A stretch of 14,386 nt of DNA, taken from positions 1 to 14,386 of the forward strand of contig CAZGJX010000075.1 of NCBI GenBank assembly GCA_964525635.1, in the 5' to 3' direction. A program made the translations under genes and the position numbers. Shown piece after piece: positions 1-8,126 of this stretch. The notes below the pieces were generated by a model that saw only the letters and a list, made by a program, of their open reading frames with translations, searched no databases and was not told the origin of the DNA. The first letter of the stretch is position 1, and each line of letters begins with the position of its first letter. Origin of the DNA: an uncultured archaeon. GTDB lineage: Archaea; Asgardarchaeota; Lokiarchaeia; Sigyniarchaeales; SOKP01.

Positions 1-52
1 GTTGTTGGCCCTCAAGCTGGATGTCCAATAATGTCCAGATTTTTTGCAACGG
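1..52. mobile_element. End of an IS/MITE-like element related to the insertion at 8686-9118 (rest lies outside the window)
   Basis: 22-54 TGTCCAATAATGTCCAGATTTTTTGCAACGGTA matches 9088-9120 TGTCCAGAAATGTCCAGATTTTTTACAACGGTA (30/33). The latter is the end of an insertion that interrupts a gene. Confidence 0.65.
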
Positions 53-587
53 TAATTTCCTTACAAATCAGAATGAGATAGAACCATCTTTCGTTACTCA
101 ATTAAATCATATGCAGATTTTATTAGAATATCCTAGCACTCGAAATGAAGAAAGTGTTGAAAATCTCTTTTCATGGTTTTCCAGAAAAATGAACAATATA
201 AATGATTGGTTTGATAAATTTCAAACGTCAATATTTTATTTAATTGATAGAATTACAAGAACCTTTAAATCAAATCCTAATCTTATTCCATGGAATGTTG
301 AATTTCTTCGAGATTGGCTTGGAAACCATCAAAATGAAGATGGAGAATGGGGTACTTTTATTTCAACTCATTATGAAACTAGCTTAGCGATTAATGCTCT
401 TTTACGTTTAAAATCTTCATGGAACCTTGATATTGAACATTTAATCTCTAAAACAAGAAAATTTTTCATTAATAATCGAGATTATGACTATTATTCTTTT
501 TGGAATGGTAAAAGTTGTTATTTTACTCCAATCTTAGTAGATTATTCCTCTATATTATCAGCTATGCTTTATCTTGCAAGATTATGA
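53..587 (+). pseudogene. 3' fragment of a prenyltransferase/squalene-cyclase-repeat (QW motif) protein, truncated upstream by the element end
   Basis: WLGNHQNEDGEWG...ETSLAINALL resembles a QW/prenyltransferase repeat. The ORF-track start (ATG 21, MSNNVQIFCNG) is encoded by the element end, so it is probably not the native start. Confidence 0.5.
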
Positions 588-611
588 ATTTTAATTCTCT
601 CTTTTAATTAT

Positions 612-1448
612 CTACAATGAAGATATATTTATAAATTCCTCAACTCTATTAAGCCATTCTCCTACTAAAGCTCTGAAAAGGCTCTTTTGTTCAATAGATA
701 AAGCATGACCTGCACAATCCATTACAATAAAAGTACCTCTTGGAAAATTATCTAAAATTTGATATGCTTCTCTATAACCACACCATTGATCATAACGTCC
801 TGTTAAAATTAAAGTAGGTGCAGGAAAAGGTTCTTTAAGAAAATCCACATTGAATGTGAATGTATAATTCTCTAATTTATGTAATCGTTTCAAGAATTCA
901 TCATCCGCTATATTCATAGCAGGAAAGATTGAGTTTCTAAAGGTATGGAGTAAGTCCATACTTTGAACTACAACCATTTCTTTTATACCTTCTTCATTTG
1001 GTTGTAATGCCTCAAGGAATTCTTTATCATCCCTTAAAATTCGATGTTTTGGTAAATTAGCTTTTTGATCATTTGGTTCGATACGAGGCACATTCATTAA
1101 TACCCCATCTATTTGCGTACTCCGGTGATAAATCAATCCACGAGCTAAATATCCCCCATATGAATTTCCTACTACAATAAAATTTTCATTGGGTATTACT
1201 TTATCGATAAACTCAATAATAATTTTAAGCATATGATCTTGTGTTTTAATCCAATCTCCTCCAGGAGTTCTTCCCATACCTGGTAAGTCTGGATATATCC
1301 TTTTCCATCCCTTTCGTTCCAAGAAAATTGGTTCCATGTCAGAATAAATACTGCGGTGATCAAGTGGCCATCCATGTAACATAATTATAGGCCTACCAGA
1401 ACCAATTTCCTCATAATAGATTGAGATGTTCTCTAAAGTACATTCCAT
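612..1448 (-). CDS. Alpha/beta fold hydrolase
   Basis: HGWP oxyanion motif, DLPGMG, nucleophile elbow GNSYGG, acid in LTGRYD and catalytic His in AGHAL; 278 aa. Confidence 0.92.
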   Translation of the reverse strand: MECTLENISIYYEEIGSGRPIIMLHGWPLDHRSIYSDMEPIFLERKGWKRIYPDLPGMGRTPGGDWIKTQDHMLKIIIEFIDKVIPNENFIVVGNSYGGYLARGLIYHRSTQIDGVLMNVPRIEPNDQKANLPKHRILRDDKEFLEALQPNEEGIKEMVVVQSMDLLHTFRNSIFPAMNIADDEFLKRLHKLENYTFTFNVDFLKEPFPAPTLILTGRYDQWCGYREAYQILDNFPRGTFIVMDCAGHALSIEQKSLFRALVGEWLNRVEEFINISSL

Positions 1449-1665
1449 TATTTTTTCATTCCTAACAATTCAAATAACATTTATTATCATCAAAAATAAA
1501 TATAGAATAATTTAATGATTATGAAATTTCATCTCATATGAAGTTAAATTGTTTTATATTCGTTCTAAATAAATTTCAAATTGATTAATTTCTGTTTCTA
1601 TAAATCCATCATAAAATATATTGATCATCTGATGTGATATATCTATATACTTGTTTTGTAAGGCT

Positions 1666-2319
1666 TTATTTTTTTCTGTAAAAATATAGCGTTTTATAGG
1701 AGATTTCCTCTTTTTTTATCAGACCTATTTTACATAGTACTTTAACATATTTTGTCACTGTTTTTAAATGCATATTCAATTGTTCTGAAATACCCGTTTT
1801 AGTAATACCTCCATCAGCATTATTTTTAAGATGTTCTATAATCATTTTACATTTTTCATTTGAAAGATAATATCTTTGAATAGCATCCATAGGATCTAAA
1901 TTCGCATCAAAATATATATCATGATTATCCACTTGAATTTTAGAAATAAAATTAAACATTAATAACATATCTAAGTGCCATTTTACCACATGATTACTAA
2001 TATTCAATTCTTTAACTAAACAATAAAAATAGACTCCGGGATTTTCTTTAATATAATTAAATAGTTTTATCCTATTTGGATGCGTTAAGATATCTTCCTT
2101 AACTAATTTTGATCTTTTAACAATTAATCTTCGTTCTATTAATGATGAGATTATTTTAGCAATCCCTTCTTCATTGATATTAATTTGAGCATTTGTAAAT
2201 CTATTTTTAATATATGGAATGAGATTGGTAATATTTAAATAGCGATTTTTATTCAAATATTCTTGAATCATTTGATAAACTAATTTCTCTTTTTCTTTCT
2301 CCATTAAGGTGTAATTCAT
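1666..2319 (-). CDS. Winged helix-turn-helix transcriptional regulator with three predicted wHTH modules (ArsR/MarR-like, Lokiarchaeia-type)
   Basis: NRIKLFNYIKENPGVYFYCLVKELNISNHVVKWHLDML and GITKTGISEQLNMHLKTVTKYVKVLCKIGLI are wHTH-like, and the N-terminal third is also wHTH-like. GAGTGA lies upstream of the ATG, 41 bp after the GH9 gene stop. Confidence 0.85.
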   Translation of the reverse strand: MNYTLMEKEKEKLVYQMIQEYLNKNRYLNITNLIPYIKNRFTNAQININEEGIAKIISSLIERRLIVKRSKLVKEDILTHPNRIKLFNYIKENPGVYFYCLVKELNISNHVVKWHLDMLLMFNFISKIQVDNHDIYFDANLDPMDAIQRYYLSNEKCKMIIEHLKNNADGGITKTGISEQLNMHLKTVTKYVKVLCKIGLIKKEEISYKTLYFYRKK

Positions 2320-2360
2320 TTTACCAAATCACTCAAAAATATCTTTTTATTATTAGTCGT

Positions 2361-5300
2361 CTAAGAATTTAAATTATCCAACATATGATTGAATATTCTT
2401 TTTCTTTCTTCTGGAGTTAACGAGATCATTTCCTTAATAAATAAAAATTTCTCAGTTTCGTCCTTCCATTCAAGAAGTTCAATTTTTTCAAAAAAATCTT
2501 CTTCAAGTAAAGTTATTTCCATACCTTTTAATTTAGTCACCTTATCGATTATATTATTTTCATTTAATAAATCATTTAATTGAATATCTTTAAAAATATC
2601 ATCAACGGAAACCACTTCAGTTGTTTTTAGTTTCCAATATCTTTTTTCTAAAGGTTTATTTTTTATTTTTACTCTTTTCTTAGATTGAATTTCTTTTATT
2701 TTATTTGGAGTTGTATTTTTTTTATTTAATTTTGATCTTTTCACTTCTGTTAAATATAAAGTCACAACAGAAATTCCAATTAAGCTTAAAATTATAATTA
2801 ATGATATAATAAACAAAGAATCATTAATTTTAGTATCATCATTAAGAGTTTTAGCGCTAACTTCTAATGAAGGCCCACTTGGATTATTATATATATCAAT
2901 AGCTATTATGACATAATAATATGTTGTATCAGGAGTTAAGCCTGTATCGAAATATTGACTTATTGATGTATTTATGATAAAATTAGTGGAATCCGGCATA
3001 AAACCGGGAGTAATACTTCGATAGATTGAATATTTTTCAATATCTGGCTCAATATTATCACTCCAATCAATATAAATACTTGTTGGATTAATTTTTTCAA
3101 TTATAAGTCCTATTGGAGCTAATGGAGGATTAGTATCTTTGGTAGTTGTAGCACTCTCTTCCATTGATGAAACACTTGGATTACCATAAATGTCAATTGC
3201 TATCAATTGATAATAATATGTTGTACTCGGAGTTAATTCTGTATCGAAATACTGGCTTAATGATGTATTTGCGATAAAATTAGTGATGTCTGGAGTAAAA
3301 CTTGGAGTATTACTTCGATAAATTGAATACTTATCAAAATCAGGCTCAATATTGTCATTCCAACTAAGCTTAATATTTGTTGAATCAAGTGTATTAGCTG
3401 TGAGTCCTGTTGGAGCTGCAGGGCTATTTGTGTACATTTGTGGATCCAAACCATATATCCAAATTCCATTGTCATATACAGGAATATATTTATTTGGAAA
3501 TCTTGTACTATTTAAAGATTGAAAAGACCAATCATTTGTAGGATTCCACGCCTCATCTGGTGAAGCATCAGGTAATCCAATTCTAATTTGTGTTTCTTTT
3601 GCACATTCAACTTCACCAGCAGGATACAGTATAGTTCCTTTATAATCAACTTCTACATAATAAATATCATTTTCCAAATGAATTATTTCAGGAATATTAA
3701 TTATTGCTCCCGGCTCTGTCCAGATTGATGTAACTGTAATATCATTAGAAGTATATCCCCATGAATATATTTCGCTTATATTGAAATAATATCTATAAGA
3801 TAATTGGTCTGTTACTCTAGCAGGCCATGTCGCGTGATTTGCGAGATCAACACTAATCTCTGTCCAAGCAGTTCCATCTATAGTAAGCCTAGCATCACTG
3901 TAAATTTCGATAAGACTCATATTTTTAGGTTTAAACCATGAAGGGCCGGGAAAATCATTATGGGGTGTTCCTCCATATAAATCTGTCATTTTAGCTAAAG
4001 CACCTATTAATCCAGAATTATAATCACATGCAATAGATGTCCTCTCAAGAGTAAGTCTATCATCAGTCCAACTATCACTCATATCGGGACCTGACACAAG
4101 AGCACCATATAGAATGTGTCTATTATCGGCGGGTAAATTAGGTAAATTGGCCCAAGATCCATGGGCTGTTTCATGACGTGGATTTTGAGGTGAATTAGGT
4201 CCAAAACCAACAAGATAACTACTGCTTCTTGGATTATCACCAAGAATATATTTTATTTGTTCTTCAGCAAAATTATGATATATAGAAGCCTTTGAAGTGG
4301 TACAATTAGGGCTATCAGCCCATACAAACGCAAGAAAAGCAGCATTTGCAGCATATCTGAGTGATCCTAATGAAGCTAACCAAGCAAGACCTCCTGGAGT
4401 ATAGTCAATTCCCCCACCAGGCATCCACCAATCTAAATTTCTCTCGATTGAGTCTATATAGGTTTGATTAGTTGAGACTCTTGATAATAGAATTTGTGCC
4501 ATATAATGCATATCATTCCAACAATGCGTTGTTTGATATTTTATTTCTGTTTCATACTCCTCAATTGCCCAATTTGCTGCTGCTTGCTCAGATTTATCTA
4601 AATATGTTGTGTTTCCTGTCTTTATATATAATAATACTCCACAAGCTGATAATTCATCCCAAAAGCCATTTTCAGATTCATAATATGCTCCTGCTATTGA
4701 ATTATAAAAACTATCAGATTGAGCAGCCCATGCTAAATTATTTAATTGAATTGCATGGGTTAAGCAAATATCTGCATAAGTAGGATCTGAGTTATTAAAA
4801 ATAATCGAAGCTAAGGTTAAAGCCGCAGCTGTAGCCCCACAAACGGCAGATCCTCCTTGCGACGAAGTAACTCTATAAGAAGAACGACTCATTACTTCCT
4901 CAATTACTTCAGAAGGCCCCCACCAACTAGCATCAGAAACAGGATCACCTACTTGAAAATAAAATTCATTTGGATTAGGATTTGCTTTAATAAAATAGTC
5001 TGTTCCCCATTTAATTGCATCCAATATCTCATCTAGTTGGTCTATATTTTCAAAAACAGAATAATATTCATAAACACTCCACGCTAGTGTAGCTATAGTT
5101 GATGCCATAGGTAATCCAAATTTATTTGATCCACTACCATCATAATATCCTCCTGTAAGATCTAATCCTGAATCAATACCATCATTTAAACAAGAATCTC
5201 CCTTCCATATTACAGGATTATTATCTGTTAGATTGCCTGAACGTTGTTGCATATAGAAATATATCGATTTTTGTAATGCAGCTGCATAATTATCAATAGT

Positions 5301-5477
5301 TTCTTCAGGAGGAGGCCATGAAGCGCTATTAATATTGTTAGAAACTAGTTGGAATTTATAAGTATTATTTGATGAATTAGTTTCTATTTTTAGATTATTA
5401 AAATTAAATATATAATTACAAAATAAAAATAGAATGAGTATAGTACCATATAACTTTATTCTGCTATTTTTTGGCAT
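2361..5477 (-). CDS. Membrane-anchored GH9-like (catalytically degenerate) + CBM3c-like + 2xFN3 + TM + cytoplasmic domain protein; putative carbohydrate sensor
   Basis: N-terminal hydrophobic signal. GH9 scaffold motifs (NYAAALQKSIYFY..QRSG, DLTGGYYD, KFGLPMA, IKWGTDYFIKA, YFQVGD, YTPGGLAWL, GSLRYAANAAFLA, YILGDNPRSSSYLVGFG, GALVSGP, ACDYNSG) at about aa 63-497. CBM3c-like NHATWPARVTDQLSYRYYFNISE...KETQIRIG...WNPTNDWSF...IPVYDNG..IYGLDP. Two FN3 domains, TM at about aa 887-909, then a basic linker and acidic helical tail. Confidence 0.9.
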   Translation of the reverse strand: MPKNSRIKLYGTILILFLFCNYIFNFNNLKIETNSSNNTYKFQLVSNNINSASWPPPEETIDNYAAALQKSIYFYMQQRSGNLTDNNPVIWKGDSCLNDGIDSGLDLTGGYYDGSGSNKFGLPMASTIATLAWSVYEYYSVFENIDQLDEILDAIKWGTDYFIKANPNPNEFYFQVGDPVSDASWWGPSEVIEEVMSRSSYRVTSSQGGSAVCGATAAALTLASIIFNNSDPTYADICLTHAIQLNNLAWAAQSDSFYNSIAGAYYESENGFWDELSACGVLLYIKTGNTTYLDKSEQAAANWAIEEYETEIKYQTTHCWNDMHYMAQILLSRVSTNQTYIDSIERNLDWWMPGGGIDYTPGGLAWLASLGSLRYAANAAFLAFVWADSPNCTTSKASIYHNFAEEQIKYILGDNPRSSSYLVGFGPNSPQNPRHETAHGSWANLPNLPADNRHILYGALVSGPDMSDSWTDDRLTLERTSIACDYNSGLIGALAKMTDLYGGTPHNDFPGPSWFKPKNMSLIEIYSDARLTIDGTAWTEISVDLANHATWPARVTDQLSYRYYFNISEIYSWGYTSNDITVTSIWTEPGAIINIPEIIHLENDIYYVEVDYKGTILYPAGEVECAKETQIRIGLPDASPDEAWNPTNDWSFQSLNSTRFPNKYIPVYDNGIWIYGLDPQMYTNSPAAPTGLTANTLDSTNIKLSWNDNIEPDFDKYSIYRSNTPSFTPDITNFIANTSLSQYFDTELTPSTTYYYQLIAIDIYGNPSVSSMEESATTTKDTNPPLAPIGLIIEKINPTSIYIDWSDNIEPDIEKYSIYRSITPGFMPDSTNFIINTSISQYFDTGLTPDTTYYYVIIAIDIYNNPSGPSLEVSAKTLNDDTKINDSLFIISLIIILSLIGISVVTLYLTEVKRSKLNKKNTTPNKIKEIQSKKRVKIKNKPLEKRYWKLKTTEVVSVDDIFKDIQLNDLLNENNIIDKVTKLKGMEITLLEEDFFEKIELLEWKDETEKFLFIKEMISLTPEERKRIFNHMLDNLNS
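2850..3425 (-). repeat. Tandem FN3-encoding duplication, 297-bp period, inside the GH9-like gene
   Basis: Two ~99-aa units (W.DNIEPD..KYSIYRS.TP.F.PD.TNFI.NTS.SQYFDT.LTP.TTYYY..IAIDIY.NPS). DNA CTGTATCGAAATA recurs at 2942 and 3239. Confidence 0.85.
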
Positions 5478-5573
5478 ATTCCCGTTGCTTATTAATATTT
5501 TTCTTTTCTATCAATAGTTTAAGATTAAAAGCAAAATCAAACCATTCTATTCTATAGTATAATAGATTACATA

Positions 5574-5610
5574 AGTGCTATATAAGATCATATGGTAAAA
5601 GTTTGATGGT
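5574..5610 (-). promoter_or_regulatory. Promoter/operator motif copy 1 (TATA box CTTATATA preceded by ACCA-n10-ACCA) for the GH9-like/wHTH operon
   Basis: Minus strand ACCATCAAACTTTTACCATATGATCTTATATAGCACT, 32/37 identical to 5773-5809, ending 96 bp upstream of the ATG at 5477. Confidence 0.7.
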
Positions 5611-5772
5611 ATCTTTAAATTTGCCCATCCGCTCTATATATTTACCTCCTTACTTCTTATATTCTCTTACTTTCAAAATATATGGTTATAATCATTAAAG
5701 CATATCGTTCCAAAAAGAAATCAATATGAAAATGCTAAATTTCTATTTAAATGCTTTTTTATCAATAAATCA

Positions 5773-5809
5773 ACCATCACAGTTTTACCAGATGATCTTA
5801 AATAGAACT
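5773..5809 (+). promoter_or_regulatory. Promoter/operator motif copy 2 (TATA box CTTAAATA preceded by ACCA-n10-ACCA) for the GH5 gene
   Basis: ACCATCACAGTTTTACCAGATGATCTTAAATAGAACT is the inverted copy of 5574-5610, ending 61 bp upstream of the ATG at 5871. Confidence 0.7.
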
Positions 5810-5870
5810 ATCTGTTTTCTTTTATATAATTTTTACATTTGACATAAAATATGTAATTAGATACAATAAA

Positions 5871-6449
5871 ATGCCAAAAAATAAAAAAGACAAAATAGGA
5901 AATTTTACTTTTTTCTCTTTATTTGATCCTTCTTTTGGATTTTTTGTTCCATCAATGGAAGGATCTATATCTGGTTCTAAAATACAAACATCAGATATCA
6001 CTAAAGATGATTGGTATTATATTGTAGAAAATAGCGTCGCTCCATTATTTGAAGGAGAGTGGGGCGGTCCTGCTAGTGGTGAACTTCTGACGTGGTTGAA
6101 TGCAATAAGAGAATTTAAGCATGATATAAAGCTATATCATACTTTCTGGTGGTTTAATCCTAATTCTGGAGAAACTATTGATTTAGTAAGTGGTGGCTGG
6201 AAAATATTAGATCAAACAAAATACAATATAGTCGAACAATTATTATGGAAAGATAATGCTGGGGGTTATATTTCACATAATTATGAAGATGGACTTAATG
6301 CATATCTAACAAATATTATTGAATTAATAGCTAATTAAAATCCAGCACCGCTTCCTGGAGGAGATGGAGGTGATACTACCCCTCCAACTACTCCAACAGG
6401 AATAAATCCTGATAGTGAAATATATCTAAATTTAAGTAGATTACAATGA
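5871..6449 (+). pseudogene. Internally deleted GH5 (subfamily 1-like) endoglucanase with linker and start of an FN3 domain
   Basis: WYYIVENSVAPLFEGEWGG...WLNAIREF...HTFWWFNPNSGET..LV...D.TKY.....LW matches the C-terminal part of GH5_1 cellulases, including the nucleophile motif GEWGG. The N-terminal barrel with the NEP acid/base is absent. The frame continues after TAA 6336-6338 as NPAPLPGGDGGDTTPPTTPTG (linker plus FN3 start) to TGA 6447-6449. Confidence 0.8.
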
Positions 6450-6556
6450 AAAAGAGAATGATGATTTTTTTATATTAATTGGTTAAAATATACATTTTTC
6501 TTAGTATTTTGAAGTTTTTCAATCAAATATTTATTAAAAAAATAATTAAAATAATA

Positions 6557-8008
6557 ATGTTCTATAAAAAAACTCAAAAAAAAAGCAGAATATTAGTCAC
6601 TATATTCTTTTTATTGGCAATCTCATTCTCATTTGGAGTAATTATCGGTAAAAATGCTATTATTGATAAAGATGAACAGAAAGAAAAAAGAGAGATAAAT
6701 TCTTCAGCTCCAGGAAGGCTTTCTTTCGATGAATCAATTATGGAAAATAAAGTAATAAATGTAGATATAAATCAAACATGGGGAGGAACTGGTGATGATG
6801 TTGGAAACGACATATTTATGGATGATAATGGAAATATATATCTAACAGGAGAGACATGGAGTTATGGTTCTGGTGCTTCTGATGTTTTTGTATTAAAATG
6901 TGATAAGTCTGGAACTATTTTCTGGGAAAGTTATTGGGGAGGCTCTGATATGGAAAAGGGGAATAGTATTACTTTAGATCCTTCTGGAAATATTTATGTA
7001 ACTGGTTATACTTGGAGTTTTAGCAATGGTCAAGCAGATGTATTTCTTCTGAAAATGGATTTAAATGGAAATGTAATATGGTATACAACATGGGGTGGTT
7101 CTCGTGAGGATATTGGTTTTAGTTTAGCCTTAGGAGGTTCTGGAAATATATATCTAACAGGACATACAAAGAGTTATGGAACAACAAATGAAGACATAAT
7201 TCTAATGAAATACGATCCTAATGGAAATTTGTTATGGAATTTAACATATACAATTCCAGATTCAAGCACTGGTAAAGGATATGATATTAAAGTAGATATT
7301 GATGAGAATATCTACATTAGTGGTGGAGGAAGTTATTTTATCCTTAAATTTGATTCAGAAGGGAATTTATTATGGGCTACTGAATGGTCTGGATGGACTA
7401 ACGATATCATTATAGATAATAACAATAACGTTATATATGCGACTGGGGCTACATGGACTTATGGTAATGGTGAGTCAGATGTTTGTATAGCAAAGTTTGA
7501 TTTAGATGGTAGATTATTGTGGGAGTGGACATGGGGAGGACCTGGTATTGAATATACACATGGTATTACAATGGATAATAATGAAAACATATATATAACA
7601 GGAGAAACCTGGAGTTATGGTTCTGGATGGTTTGATATGTTTCTTTTGAAATTTGATTCAGAAGGTAATTTAATTTGGAATTTTGTTTGGGGAAGTGCAC
7701 TTACGGAGAGAGGAAGTAAAATATGTATTGATAGTTGGGGCGATTTATATATTGTTGGTACATTAGAGTGTCTTGGAATACAAAAGAGTGAATTGATGTT
7801 TTTAAAAGTTTCATATTCTGATGGTGATATAAAATTAGGTGATGTAAATGGGGATGGTTATGTAGATATTGTTGATGCAATGCAAGTAGCTCAATATGCT
7901 GCTGGATTTAATATACCTAATTTTAATCCTGACTTAGCGGATGTAAATTATGACGGAAGTATTAATATTGTTGATGCTTTAATGATTGCTGAATACTATA
8001 TAAACTGA
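6557..8008 (+). CDS. Secreted or N-anchored SBBP-repeat beta-propeller protein with C-terminal type I dockerin
   Basis: Probable start MFYKKTQKKSR plus a hydrophobic helix (ORF track starts at 6479). About 7 repeats of WGG..D.G..I..D..GNIY.TG.T.S.G.G..DVF.LK.D..G. Duplicated Ca-binding segments GDVNGDGYVDIVDAMQVAQY and ADVNYDGSINIVDALMIAEYY at 7838-8005. Confidence 0.88.
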   Translation: MFYKKTQKKSRILVTIFFLLAISFSFGVIIGKNAIIDKDEQKEKREINSSAPGRLSFDESIMENKVINVDINQTWGGTGDDVGNDIFMDDNGNIYLTGETWSYGSGASDVFVLKCDKSGTIFWESYWGGSDMEKGNSITLDPSGNIYVTGYTWSFSNGQADVFLLKMDLNGNVIWYTTWGGSREDIGFSLALGGSGNIYLTGHTKSYGTTNEDIILMKYDPNGNLLWNLTYTIPDSSTGKGYDIKVDIDENIYISGGGSYFILKFDSEGNLLWATEWSGWTNDIIIDNNNNVIYATGATWTYGNGESDVCIAKFDLDGRLLWEWTWGGPGIEYTHGITMDNNENIYITGETWSYGSGWFDMFLLKFDSEGNLIWNFVWGSALTERGSKICIDSWGDLYIVGTLECLGIQKSELMFLKVSYSDGDIKLGDVNGDGYVDIVDAMQVAQYAAGFNIPNFNPDLADVNYDGSINIVDALMIAEYYIN

Positions 8009-8017
8009 AGACACAGA

Positions 8018-8052
8018 CTTTTTTTTAATTTATTCTAAACCCCTTTTTTTTT
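8018..8052 (+). terminator. Oligo-T archaeal-type terminator
   Basis: Two long T runs immediately after the TGA at 8008. Confidence 0.45.
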
Positions 8053-8126
8053 AATTATATTAAGTGATAGCTACTTTATATTGATAATCTTAGGATATCA
8101 ATAAAAAATATAATAATAATATTAAG

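Noticed and set aside
1615-1640. Possible third copy of the promoter motif (CAGATGATC on the minus strand upstream of the hydrolase)
   Set aside because: Only 9 bp match; the ACCA pair and TATA spacing are not conserved.
2389-4783. ORFs 2389-2583, 3257-3475 and 4472-4783
   Set aside because: Antisense or off-frame shadows inside the GH9-like gene, with no recognisable motifs.
2361-8008. Calling the locus a functional cellulase cluster or cellulosome
   Set aside because: The GH9 lacks catalytic residues, the GH5 is truncated, the dockerin is on a non-catalytic protein and no cohesin is present.
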